Source: a virus
Strand: one strand, 5' to 3'
DNA length: 64,000 nt
Virus record (IMG/VR): IMGVR_UViG_3300025435_000010
Span: 1-64,000 of that record
Part shown: piece after piece, positions 15,542-24,698 of the stretch
Layout: each line of letters begins with the position of its first letter
Numbering within the stretch: position 1 is the stretch's first letter
Translations under genes and position numbers: made by a program
The notes under the pieces: generated by a model
What the model was told of the DNA's origin: nothing
The model's database searches: none
The model's input: only the letters and a program-made list of their open reading frames with translations

Positions 15542-16636
15542 ATGGGACACATACTTGACTGGGTTAACTGGTCATATCTAGAAGACGAGATCTATCTGTT
15601 CGTACTCGGTGCGATTATGATTGTATCTGGAATCATTAAGGACAATGGTATCTTCACCGACATTTACGGGTACCTAAAGTCAAAGTTCAAGAGTAACCGT
15701 GCTGTTATCTCTGTGCTTTCCTTCATCAGTGGAGTACTTCCTCTAGAGGGCCGGGCCACAGTGTCTGCAGGTATCCTGGATACAGCTACTTCAAATTGTA
15801 ATTGTGTAGGACATGAAGAGAGTAATAACGAGAGTCGTAAGAAGCTAGGGATTGTTGACTTTTTAACCACCCATCACTTCTATATGTGGTCACCATTGGA
15901 GAAGCCAGTCATACTCCCTATGGCCGCTTTCGGCATTGGCTATACTGCTTGGTTGGGTATGATGTGGCCGTTAATCATTGTTTCAGCTCTCTTCATTGGA
16001 TCTTATATCTGGCTTGGGGTTAGTGAGAATGAAGTTCAGATTCAAGAACAACCTAAGTTTAAACTCTGGGGATTTATTAAGAATGTAGCTCCATTCCTTA
16101 CCGCTATTGTTGGTTACATTCTTATGGGCGGGGAAGGGGTAACCCCTGTTCTTACTATCTTCGGTGCTTTAACTGCCTATTACATTCTTCTCACAAAGAC
16201 ATTCAGTCTTAAGAAGCTTAATAGCTATATCAATTGGACAACAATGCTTATTATCGGTGTTGTCTTCTTTGCTTCCGGCTATATGCAGGAACACCGTGAT
16301 TGGATTGAGAACACTGTACGTCACATTGGTCTTGATATGCATACGTTTAAAGGTGTTGCTATTATTAGTCTTATTACCTTTATTGCTTCCTTCTCTATGG
16401 GATCTGATGGTAAGTTCGCCGCCCTCACCGTCCTCATGAGTTCAATCTTTGGTAAAGAGTATCTCCTTTGGTTCTTTGCTTTAGATTATGCTGGCTATCT
16501 TGTTACCCCGATGCATGAGTGTGTTATGATAGGTAAGCGGTACTTTGGTACAAGCCTTAGGACTTACTATACAGCATTAATTGCTTGGGCTTTACTCTTG
16601 ATTTCCGTCGCCGGTGCCTTTACATTCATCAAGTAA
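15542..16636 (+). CDS. Polytopic inner-membrane transporter (ion-transporter superfamily, DUF401/CitMHS-like)
   Basis: About 10 TM helices; SGVLPLEG, WSPL.KP, GYLVTPMHEC motifs. Confidence 0.75.
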   Translation: MGHILDWVNWSYLEDEIYLFVLGAIMIVSGIIKDNGIFTDIYGYLKSKFKSNRAVISVLSFISGVLPLEGRATVSAGILDTATSNCNCVGHEESNNESRKKLGIVDFLTTHHFYMWSPLEKPVILPMAAFGIGYTAWLGMMWPLIIVSALFIGSYIWLGVSENEVQIQEQPKFKLWGFIKNVAPFLTAIVGYILMGGEGVTPVLTIFGALTAYYILLTKTFSLKKLNSYINWTTMLIIGVVFFASGYMQEHRDWIENTVRHIGLDMHTFKGVAIISLITFIASFSMGSDGKFAALTVLMSSIFGKEYLLWFFALDYAGYLVTPMHECVMIGKRYFGTSLRTYYTALIAWALLLISVAGAFTFIK

Positions 16637-16644
16637 TTTAACAT

Positions 16645-17298
16645 ATGAAACATACAAACAAATACATCGCACTAATTACAGCAATACTACTCACAGTTAC
16701 AGCTTATGCTGGTAATGAGAATAAAGCCGTACTCGTGAGTACAAATGAGCCAATTGAATTCAACATCGAACCACACTGGACAGGAATGTATCAGCGTACA
16801 AAGTCTGACGGTCAATGGGGACCATATCAGTGGAATAACACCGAACAACTCTCTATGGGTGCTAACTTTAAGAACGGTTGGGATATAGAAGCTGAAACTG
16901 GTGTTTCGCGTAATACCGGGCTTGATCAACAAACCGGTGGATATACAGAGCTCAAACTTCGCTATACATGGGATCTTGGTAAAGATTGGGCGTTTAGTCT
17001 ACGTGGTGGTCTTGGTGATAGTTATAGCTACACTGATCCCTCGGCACCTAATATTGGTTATTGGCTTGCACAAGTTAAACTCGAGCGTAAGCTTAGTGAA
17101 AGATGGAGTACCTTTGTACGATATGAGCCTGGTAGTCTTCTCAATAGTCAATATGGTGATACATTTGTCAATACCTTTAAGCTTGGTCTAACCTATAAGG
17201 TTTCAAAGAGCGTAGAGCTTGGTACACGGTATATTACCGCCTTTGGACAAAACTATCAGGGTAACGGTGTGGAGACGACTCTTGGCTATTCTTTTTAG
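16645..17298 (+). CDS. Outer-membrane beta-barrel protein
   Basis: Sec signal peptide (AYA), amphipathic strands, C-terminal GYSF. Confidence 0.75.
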   Translation: MKHTNKYIALITAILLTVTAYAGNENKAVLVSTNEPIEFNIEPHWTGMYQRTKSDGQWGPYQWNNTEQLSMGANFKNGWDIEAETGVSRNTGLDQQTGGYTELKLRYTWDLGKDWAFSLRGGLGDSYSYTDPSAPNIGYWLAQVKLERKLSERWSTFVRYEPGSLLNSQYGDTFVNTFKLGLTYKVSKSVELGTRYITAFGQNYQGNGVETTLGYSF

Positions 17299-17338
17299 GA
17301 ATTCATTAAAACTCATATAGAGATAATAAATACTCTAT

Positions 17339-17785
17339 ATGAGTTCAAGAGATTATCAGCGTATTGATGAAGTCTATCACAATATGTATAGGAATAGGTT
17401 TCATAGAGAAGAGCCTTTTACAATAAATGAAGATGATGCGGCTGCTATGGCCGAAGATGAAGAATATAAGTCAAAAGCTAAATCACATATGCCTGAAGCT
17501 GCTAAGGTGATTATGCACAAGCTTAAGCTTGAATACGGTGACAAGTATAATCCAGAGAAGGCTAAAGCTGCTGTAAAGCATGCCCTTGCTTCAACAACAG
17601 AAGAGGATTGTGAGGAGTGGATGTTAAAACAAGACTACTCACATACACCTGATCAAAAGCAGAACGCTGTAAAGTATTTAAAGAGTGACGAAGAGAATGC
17701 TGAAGAAAAGCATTGTAAATGGGCTGCCCAGGGATGTGATTGCGGAGAGTGTGAGGAGTGTCAAGATAACGCAATAAAGGGCTAA
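17339..17785 (+). CDS. Late acidic protein with Cys-rich C-terminus; putative internal head protein
   Basis: TAAATA 6 nt upstream; RDYQRIDEVY N-terminus; CDCGECEEC. Confidence 0.7.
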   Translation: MSSRDYQRIDEVYHNMYRNRFHREEPFTINEDDAAAMAEDEEYKSKAKSHMPEAAKVIMHKLKLEYGDKYNPEKAKAAVKHALASTTEEDCEEWMLKQDYSHTPDQKQNAVKYLKSDEENAEEKHCKWAAQGCDCGECEECQDNAIKG

Positions 17786-17790
17786 GATAG

Positions 17791-18051
17791 ATGAACCAAG
17801 ATACTAATTATATCTTTAAAGCTTACGGTAAGGTTTTAGTAAAAGAAGATATAGAGCAAGAGCTTGGAGTTGATCCAAAGGATGTAGCTGAGTACGACCA
17901 GTTAAAGAAAGATATTTGCTATGATAACTACCCGTTCTGGGACGCATATCATGCAGTAAAAGAAGGAGCTTGGTCAGAGGAAGACTTTCATCAGTGGGCT
18001 TCTTCGGTATGGGCAGCTGGAGCCGACGAAAGCCAAAACTATCATTCCTAA
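17791..18051 (+). CDS. Putative internal head protein
   Basis: MNQDTNYIFKAY N-terminus shared with 18057. Confidence 0.7.
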   Translation: MNQDTNYIFKAYGKVLVKEDIEQELGVDPKDVAEYDQLKKDICYDNYPFWDAYHAVKEGAWSEEDFHQWASSVWAAGADESQNYHS

Positions 18052-18056
18052 ATTTT

Positions 18057-18494
18057 ATGAATAAAGATTCGAATCTCATTTTTGAAGCTTATAAAAAGAA
18101 ACTCGTTAATGAGTCTCAAGATCGAGATTACGTACCTTCTTTAGAGGAGATTAAAGCTACTCTGGAAGATGAGTATAAGAAAAGAATAGCCTCTTATGGC
18201 AGTAGAGGTAGTGAGTTAGGTTACGCGGTAAGAAATGCACAAGCAAAACTTAATAACATCGATCAAGAAGCAGCAGAGCTTAAGAAGATTATTGATAATG
18301 AAAAAGAGCAGATAGATAAATGGAATGCTGAAGTAGCAGGTACAGGTAGAACAACTTATACACTTTGGGATGCCCTCTATAGTTTTGTATCTGATACATC
18401 GAAAGATGTAGACGGTTATAGATTCCGTACAACATTTGAAAAGACACCAACTATTCAAATGGCTGAGCTTTATAAAAAGTACCTAAGCAGATAA
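18057..18494 (+). CDS. Putative internal head protein
   Basis: Start corrected to MNKDSNLIFEAY. Confidence 0.7.
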   Translation: MNKDSNLIFEAYKKKLVNESQDRDYVPSLEEIKATLEDEYKKRIASYGSRGSELGYAVRNAQAKLNNIDQEAAELKKIIDNEKEQIDKWNAEVAGTGRTTYTLWDALYSFVSDTSKDVDGYRFRTTFEKTPTIQMAELYKKYLSR

Positions 18495-18496
18495 TA

Positions 18497-18628
18497 CTAC
18501 TTTCTTTTCTTACCGGCGTCTGAGCGTTGAGCACGTGACTTGATACCAGCAGCTCGATGATATGAAGCCATAAACTTTTGTGCTTTAGGTGATCCGTTTT
18601 TAATAATATTGTTCTTTGTTGTTGCCAT
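18497..18628 (-). CDS. 43-aa basic peptide with RSDAGKKR motif (putative DNA-binding)
   Basis: Hand translation MATTKNNIIKNGSPKAQKFMASYHRAAGIKSRAQRSDAGKKRK*. Confidence 0.6.
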   Translation of the reverse strand: MATTKNNIIKNGSPKAQKFMASYHRAAGIKSRAQRSDAGKKRK

Positions 18629-18659
18629 AATACCAAACATAATATAAACTAATTATTAT

Positions 18660-18947
18660 ATGATTTGCAAGAATGTAATAAGAGATATTTCAGGTGCAGT
18701 AATGGCTCTATCGTTCATGATGTGCTATGTTCCGCAGATTATTAAGATTATAAAAACAAAATCTAGTTCCGATATTTCCCCTGCTATGATTTTTCTCGGT
18801 CTTTCAGGTTATATTTTTGGTATGATTTACATGTTCCTTAATGTATTCGGAACCTGGTGGTTACTTAATTACCTGACCGGAATCATAAGTTCCTTAGTTC
18901 TTTTATACTATTGGTACGTTCATAGGAACGATCCTGAGGAACCTTAG
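18660..18947 (+). CDS. PQ-loop / SemiSWEET-family 3-TM transporter
   Basis: YVPQIIKIIKTKSSSDIS motif and three TM helices. Confidence 0.85.
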   Translation: MICKNVIRDISGAVMALSFMMCYVPQIIKIIKTKSSSDISPAMIFLGLSGYIFGMIYMFLNVFGTWWLLNYLTGIISSLVLLYYWYVHRNDPEEP

Positions 18948-19001
18948 TGCTAGACGTGCCTTGTTCCGAGGAACCCTATGTTTATTAGGAACGAAACTAA
19001 A

Positions 19002-19931
19002 TTAACCTTGTGCCGCGGAACCAGTTCCTTGAGTAAATATATTCATGTTAATGTACAGTGCTGCATTACTTGCAAATACATTACTGAGAATGGTACCTGT
19101 ATCCATATTCTTAATAGCCTTTTCATCTACATAATAGAATTCGGCATGTCCATCTGCTGTGATATTAACAATATAACCGCCAAATCTAGGTTTCGTCGCA
19201 AGCTTTGTAACAAGGAACAACTTAAGAACAGCAGCAGCGCCTTCCTCGGCTGTAAATTTATTAGGGGATAGTCCTAAAGCTGTTATTGTTGAATCAATTT
19301 GCTGATATAGTGTCTGTATAGGAACGAATTGCGGCGCAAGGGATCTAAGCTGCTTATTGCTTATAAACTCTTTTATTGTATTAAAAGCATCAACCAATTC
19401 ATTTTCTCTAAATGACATTAGTGAAGGTGGTCCTTGTTTACGCTTCTTAAGTGTTGTTTCGCTTGCAGTTCCAAGAAGTACTTGTATACCGAATATAATT
19501 GACAGAAGCTTGAGATTCTCGCCTTGTGATTCAAATCTGCCCAATGGTATTAAAGAGGCACCTGGCTTAAAGGATTTCACTTCCACACCATGACCATCTA
19601 CAGTGAGATCAGGATGATCTTTACCACGTGTATCGGATACAGTATAATTTTTAGATAGAAGCCAGTAAAGAGCTATTTCACCGTTACCGGATGCTTTTGT
19701 ACCTGCTGTATAGCTCTGAACAGTCTCACCTTTCTTAGGCGGTGTGACAGGAAATAAAAGTTTAAAAATATTAAAATCCTTTTTATCGACAGTAAAATCA
19801 ACGCCGAGTTTGTAATTACCAAATGGTGTCGGTACACTATCAGTACCGAGATGTTTAATTATTACCTGGTTATATTGCTCAGATCCATTTTCTACAGCCT
19901 CGTATAATTCATGATACTCTCTAAAATTCAT
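19002..19931 (-). CDS. PD-(D/E)XK restriction-endonuclease-like protein
   Basis: GNGEIAL...PDL...VEVKS catalytic pattern; late promoter. Confidence 0.65.
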   Translation of the reverse strand: MNFREYHELYEAVENGSEQYNQVIIKHLGTDSVPTPFGNYKLGVDFTVDKKDFNIFKLLFPVTPPKKGETVQSYTAGTKASGNGEIALYWLLSKNYTVSDTRGKDHPDLTVDGHGVEVKSFKPGASLIPLGRFESQGENLKLLSIIFGIQVLLGTASETTLKKRKQGPPSLMSFRENELVDAFNTIKEFISNKQLRSLAPQFVPIQTLYQQIDSTITALGLSPNKFTAEEGAAAVLKLFLVTKLATKPRFGGYIVNITADGHAEFYYVDEKAIKNMDTGTILSNVFASNAALYINMNIFTQGTGSAAQG

Positions 19932-19964
19932 AGTATATAGATATTTATATGCATAAATAATAAT

Positions 19965-20285
19965 ATGCTTAGAGATTCGAGAATAATTGCAGAGATTGCA
20001 TATAATAGTACAGATGCTATGATACCTGGAAGAGGTATTGCTACATCGCAGACTATACCTAATATGCCATCGGTTGCAAATGAAGAGCCTAAGAAAGAGG
20101 TAAAGTCTGCTGTTAAGGATTGGATTAGACTAGAACCCGGGCTTTGTCCTATTGATACTGTTCGCAAGGCTGACCATACAGCTCACATGATTCTTCAATT
20201 CATTTATTCTGTCTGTGCAAGTCCTGACGCCGTAAGCCGCGTACTTAAAACAATTAATAAGGCTTATAAGCAAGACCATAAGTAA
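19965..20285 (+). CDS. Late hypothetical protein
   Basis: TAAATA upstream; MLRDSRIIAE N-terminus. Confidence 0.65.
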   Translation: MLRDSRIIAEIAYNSTDAMIPGRGIATSQTIPNMPSVANEEPKKEVKSAVKDWIRLEPGLCPIDTVRKADHTAHMILQFIYSVCASPDAVSRVLKTINKAYKQDHK

Positions 20286-20345
20286 GAGCTTGATACTTTA
20301 ATTCGTAGGCTTAAAATACCTATACGAATAAAGGAATAAATAATT

Positions 20346-20558
20346 ATGGCAATGACAACAACTAATAAGAAAGGTCAGCCGCAAAAAGTCGAAGCAAGAA
20401 CATCGACGTTTATTACTTCAGATATGGTCTTAGACCTTTATGCAAAGGCTAAGAAAACAAAAGGCAAGGAAAAGAAAGCTTTAATGGATAAAGTTATTTT
20501 TCTCAGTCAGCATCTAAATCGATATACTCCAATTGTTGTGAGTCAATATCTCGCTTAA
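20346..20558 (+). CDS. Small basic protein
   Basis: ORF track; TTGATA...TAAAAT upstream. Confidence 0.6.
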   Translation: MAMTTTNKKGQPQKVEARTSTFITSDMVLDLYAKAKKTKGKEKKALMDKVIFLSQHLNRYTPIVVSQYLA

Positions 20559-20763
20559 ATTTAGCTTCATACTTAGATACTATTGTATCAATAATTCTCT
20601 TTCGATTTTCATCGAATCGGTAACCGCGACATTTTGGACAAAATATTGCTGAGAACATAGCCGGGTGCTCACAGCCCTCACAAACCTTATACCAAAACCA
20701 AGTAAGCTTTATTTCCTTTTTAATATCTTCTATTGTTATTCCCTTAGGCTTTTCATCACTCAT
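20503..20763 (-). CDS. Zn-ribbon protein (YKVCEGC...CPKC.GYRFD)
   Basis: Two CxxC pairs. Confidence 0.7.
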   Translation of the reverse strand: MSDEKPKGITIEDIKKEIKLTWFWYKVCEGCEHPAMFSAIFCPKCRGYRFDENRKRIIDTIVSKYEAKFKRDIDSQQLEYIDLDAD

Positions 20764-20779
20764 TTACTAAATAGTATAT

Positions 20780-21106
20780 ATGGTTAATGACATGTATGCC
20801 ATCTATGAGTCGTATAAACAGCTAAGTGAGGATCGAGCTGACTTGAGCGGATTATCTACTGGTTCAAGTCTTCCAGCTCAGGCCAATAACACTAATAGAT
20901 TTGGTGGTAATATACCTTCTGGGGCTATAGCAACAGTTGATCAGGGTGTGAGTCAGGATAATGAGGAAAAGAATATTCCAAAAGATATCTTAAGACTTTT
21001 ACAGAGTATAACAAACGGTGCACATAAAGCAGATCACGGTAGTGTTATCGTAGATTGCAAACGGTTGAGAAAGGTATTATCCAAATATAATATAAATCGT
21101 AATTGA
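20780..21106 (+). CDS. Putative internal head protein
   Basis: TAAATA upstream; NDMYAIYESY N-terminus. Confidence 0.65.
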   Translation: MVNDMYAIYESYKQLSEDRADLSGLSTGSSLPAQANNTNRFGGNIPSGAIATVDQGVSQDNEEKNIPKDILRLLQSITNGAHKADHGSVIVDCKRLRKVLSKYNINRN

Positions 21107-21137
21107 TTAATAAAAAGCATTATATTATAATGCTTAC

Positions 21138-21599
21138 ATGAACAAAGATATATCTTGGTCGGATATTTTTTATGGTGTTACAAGCCTTGAAGAGTTACTT
21201 CGTGGTGATGATTTTGTACCCGATGTTGTTGTAACTATTGGACGTGGTGGTATGATTCCCGGTACGCTTTTAGCCTATCGTCTTGACGTAAAGATTATAC
21301 ATAATTTTTCTGTACAAACATATAACGAGAAAAATATAAAATCAGGTTTCATTATTGCTATTCAAGAACCTGGTCATAGTTTAACTGTTAAGCACCGGGA
21401 TCATAAGGTACTTGTTGTTGATGATATCTCTGACGGCGGAAGTACACTCGAGTATATTAAGCACGAGCTTGTTGAAAACTATGGTCTTAATAACCTAAGG
21501 TTTGCAACTCTTTACACAAAACCTCATACTACCTTTGTACCTGACTATTATGTTACTGAATATCCTAACGATTCTTGGATAATCTTTCCCTGGGAATAA
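21138..21599 (+). CDS. Type I purine phosphoribosyltransferase (Gpt/Hpt-like)
   Basis: IGRGG, PRPP-binding VLVVDDISDGGSTL, WIIFPWE. Confidence 0.9.
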   Translation: MNKDISWSDIFYGVTSLEELLRGDDFVPDVVVTIGRGGMIPGTLLAYRLDVKIIHNFSVQTYNEKNIKSGFIIAIQEPGHSLTVKHRDHKVLVVDDISDGGSTLEYIKHELVENYGLNNLRFATLYTKPHTTFVPDYYVTEYPNDSWIIFPWE

Positions 21600-21798
21600 A
21601 CTTCTTACGCTTTAATCTTTTTATATCTTTTTTATTAGGTAAGAGCTTCCCGCTTAATTGCTCCTGTCTTGATGGAAATGAACCGTTAATATCACCTCTT
21701 GTTGTACCTATATCAGGTCCATTATTAGAGGTATTTTGATATTGCGGGGAGATATTAAAATCCTCTAATAGTCGATTTATTTCATCATTAAATTTCAT
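21565..21798 (-). CDS. Late hypothetical protein
   Basis: MKFNDEINRLLE N-terminus. Confidence 0.55.
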   Translation of the reverse strand: MKFNDEINRLLEDFNISPQYQNTSNNGPDIGTTRGDINGSFPSRQEQLSGKLLPNKKDIKRLKRKKFIPRERLSKNR

Positions 21799-22129
21799 CT
21801 GGTTTAGGGTATTTAGCTTTTACAGCTCTACACTGTTCAATATACTTATTAATTTGATCTTGATCATTCTTTACTATACCGTCGATAATATCGTATATTG
21901 GTGGGTACTCCCTTGCACGTAACTCCTGATATCTTGGCGTAATGTCAATAATACACCATTCATCTCTTTCTTCGTTAAACTGAGCTAGCTCGTATTTTTT
22001 TAATTTGGGCGGAGCTTTTAAAGTAGCATGAGCAGGTACTAACCACCTACCGGGTATCAAAGGATCTTCATCAGCGAATTCTTCGTTAATGAAAGTCTTT
22101 GTTATTCTGTCGTAATTATATACCTTCAT
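21788..22129 (-). CDS. Tail fibre assembly chaperone-like protein
   Basis: VYNYD..T..F...DP...WLVPAHAT..PP; R..EYP motif; follows the tail-collar gene. Confidence 0.75.
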   Translation of the reverse strand: MKVYNYDRITKTFINEEFADEDPLIPGRWLVPAHATLKAPPKLKKYELAQFNEERDEWCIIDITPRYQELRAREYPPIYDIIDGIVKNDQDQINKYIEQCRAVKAKYPKPDEI

Positions 22130-22143
22130 CGGTATATTATATC

Positions 22144-22821
22144 TTAGTACTTGATACAGGCAAGTAAAGCAACGTTGTAAGGACGAGTTTCTGTGTCTCC
22201 GGTTGTATTTGTTGTTATAGGACCAGTTGATGTACTTAATTCGTAATTAGTATAATTACCTGATGAAACAAGAGAATATGCATAACCTGGATTGTGCGAA
22301 AGCCCATTAACGACTGTTGCTGTATGCGTATGGGATTTAAAAGCGTCCGTTTGATATGAACCAAACGCTCTACCAATATTATCATGAGACGAAATATCAG
22401 TAATACCGGATGGTGGATTGGTATCAGGGTTACCTGCAGCTACGTTTGTTAAACCATCGTTCCACCCGCGTACAAACACACCGCGAAGATCTGGTATACG
22501 GAAATAGCCAGGTGTATCACCAGCTTGAGTCCAGGGTGTTTGAATTGAATTCTGTAACCTCAACGCTGTATAAAGATTAGCGTATGTTGAGGTGCTAATT
22601 AATGCACCGTTTGCCTTTAACCAGCCTGCTGGAGCCGTAGGAGCTGAATTAGCATATGTCGTTGCAAAGAAAGCAACCATACCAACAGGTACAAAGTAAT
22701 TAGCAGAAAGACTATTAACATAGCTTGTTAAGTAGGATAAATTAACAGCATCGGTACCGAGAATAGGTCCTCTCGGTAGATATACTCCCTGATCAATAAC
22801 TTGTGTAATGTGTGGTGCCAT
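22144..22821 (-). CDS. Tail fibre protein with phage tail-collar domain
   Basis: VPVGMV...APAGWLKANG...FRIPDLRGVFVRG...ETRPYNVALLACIKY. Confidence 0.9.
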   Translation of the reverse strand: MAPHITQVIDQGVYLPRGPILGTDAVNLSYLTSYVNSLSANYFVPVGMVAFFATTYANSAPTAPAGWLKANGALISTSTYANLYTALRLQNSIQTPWTQAGDTPGYFRIPDLRGVFVRGWNDGLTNVAAGNPDTNPPSGITDISSHDNIGRAFGSYQTDAFKSHTHTATVVNGLSHNPGYAYSLVSSGNYTNYELSTSTGPITTNTTGDTETRPYNVALLACIKY

Positions 22822-22826
22822 AATAA

Positions 22827-24638
22827 TTAGAAGTATGATACTACTGTTATCGCAGCACCAGAGTATGGAGCTTTTGTAAACGATATATTACCTGCTGTGG
22901 GTATTGTGTAATCAACTGTAGGTGCTTGTAGTACACCATTTAAATCTACTCTATAGGCTGCAGCATTAGTTGTTGTACCGCCGTTCAATGCAAAAGATGT
23001 CGTTGTTCCGTTACCGGTTAGACCTGTATAGACAGGATTGAATGCATTCGTATTAGCAACTGCTATTGTACCGCTACCATTGTCACTAATGCTTATACCT
23101 GTACCGGCACTTAAAGATTTAAACGCAAGGTTACTTGCTGTCGAACCACCGCTATAATAAACACTAGTACCTGTGCCAGCATTTGATGCAGTCTGTACTG
23201 TACCGGATCCACCACTACCGCTTAGTGATAAAAGACTAACTGAATTACCATTGGATATTGTAAGCTGTGCGTTATTTTGATTGTATGATAAGGTCTGCGC
23301 TCCGGCTGGTGTTGGTAGAGCTGCTGTAACCGTCTTTAGGTATGTGAGATTTATAACATCATTAGGACTTGTCGGTGTAGTGCTAGTAGTAAATTTATAC
23401 GGCGAAAGAGCGTTTAAATTACCTGCTAAATTACCACCGCTAAACGGTACATACTTACCGTCAGTATATGTCTTGTTTGTAAGATCATATGCTCCAACAG
23501 GTGCAGCTACGACTATAACTTTATTAGCTGTAAGTGTATTTGATGTGCTGATACTACCGTCGTAGTTAAGATTGAATTGTGCTACGTTAGTATTATCAAG
23601 AACCCGTAATACGGTACCATCTACTTGCTGCAGAGTAATTGCTGGTGTAGAGCCAGATGAAGAGATTTTTGAGGTAATCGGTCCAGTTAGTGTGCTGTTA
23701 CCAGATAGAGGTAAATAGTTAGCAAGCACTGAAAGATTAACAGGAAGACCCGTCCCGGTAGCCGATTGTAAGAATGTTAGATTAATAACATCGTAGGGAT
23801 TTACAGGTGTTGTGCTGGTAACAAATTTAACACCATTGAATGCACTTAAATTACCAGTTAAGCTACCACCACTTACAGGTAGTAACCCAGGATTACTAAA
23901 ATTAAATTGAAAGGTATTTTGGTTCGCACTGAGTGAGATACCTGTACCGGCTGCAAGAGTAACACCTCCAAGTGACCCACCAGTACTCGATGAATAACCA
24001 AATACCTGACCTGCAGCAATTTGAACATCCTGTATTGCTGTCCCGGTACTATTTGTTGTTTTAACACTGTTTGCCGGTCCTGTGGTAATGTATGCGTTAC
24101 CAATACTACCCACTCTAACACCGATCTGGGACCCACTACCGCCGGAGAGTATGTTTTGTGCTGTGTTTAGGGCAGTACTGTTAATCTCGGTTGAAGTCAC
24201 GCCACCCGCTTTAATGTTTAATGTACCACCTGGGCTAGTAAATTGAGAGCTATTATATTTTATCGACGCAGGATATGAAACAAAATTAGATAAGTTTGGT
24301 GTTAAGTTTGAGGCAGTTAACGTGTAGATAGATGATGTAGCTTGATCGTAAACAATGTCACCAACGAGAGCTGAGCTTAGTAGTTGATATGCAGTTTGTG
24401 TTAAACCACTGTTTAGATAAGAACCAGAGAGTGCAGAAAGTAGTCCAAAGTTTACAATACCAACAGGTGTACCGCCGTATGTAGTACCATCACCTACAAA
24501 TAAACGCTTAGTGTCAATTGTATAAGCAGGTTCACCTGAGTTAAATATAACACCAGGATTTAAATTAGTTGCCGTAGCGCTTATTCTCTGTACATTTGTA
24601 CCTTGACGGAATAGAATCTTAGTGATATTGTTAGCCAT
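22827..24638 (-). CDS. Tail fibre / adhesin with Mtd-N-like N-terminus and internal repeats
   Basis: GEPAYTIDTKRLFVGDG; repeated (Y/L)xPxSGGxLxG and DVINLxxL. Confidence 0.75.
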   Translation of the reverse strand: MANNITKILFRQGTNVQRISATATNLNPGVIFNSGEPAYTIDTKRLFVGDGTTYGGTPVGIVNFGLLSALSGSYLNSGLTQTAYQLLSSALVGDIVYDQATSSIYTLTASNLTPNLSNFVSYPASIKYNSSQFTSPGGTLNIKAGGVTSTEINSTALNTAQNILSGGSGSQIGVRVGSIGNAYITTGPANSVKTTNSTGTAIQDVQIAAGQVFGYSSSTGGSLGGVTLAAGTGISLSANQNTFQFNFSNPGLLPVSGGSLTGNLSAFNGVKFVTSTTPVNPYDVINLTFLQSATGTGLPVNLSVLANYLPLSGNSTLTGPITSKISSSGSTPAITLQQVDGTVLRVLDNTNVAQFNLNYDGSISTSNTLTANKVIVVAAPVGAYDLTNKTYTDGKYVPFSGGNLAGNLNALSPYKFTTSTTPTSPNDVINLTYLKTVTAALPTPAGAQTLSYNQNNAQLTISNGNSVSLLSLSGSGGSGTVQTASNAGTGTSVYYSGGSTASNLAFKSLSAGTGISISDNGSGTIAVANTNAFNPVYTGLTGNGTTTSFALNGGTTTNAAAYRVDLNGVLQAPTVDYTIPTAGNISFTKAPYSGAAITVVSYF

Positions 24639-24698
24639 ATCTTATACCAAATTATTTATCATATTAGCATAAATTACCATAGTATCATAAATACTATT

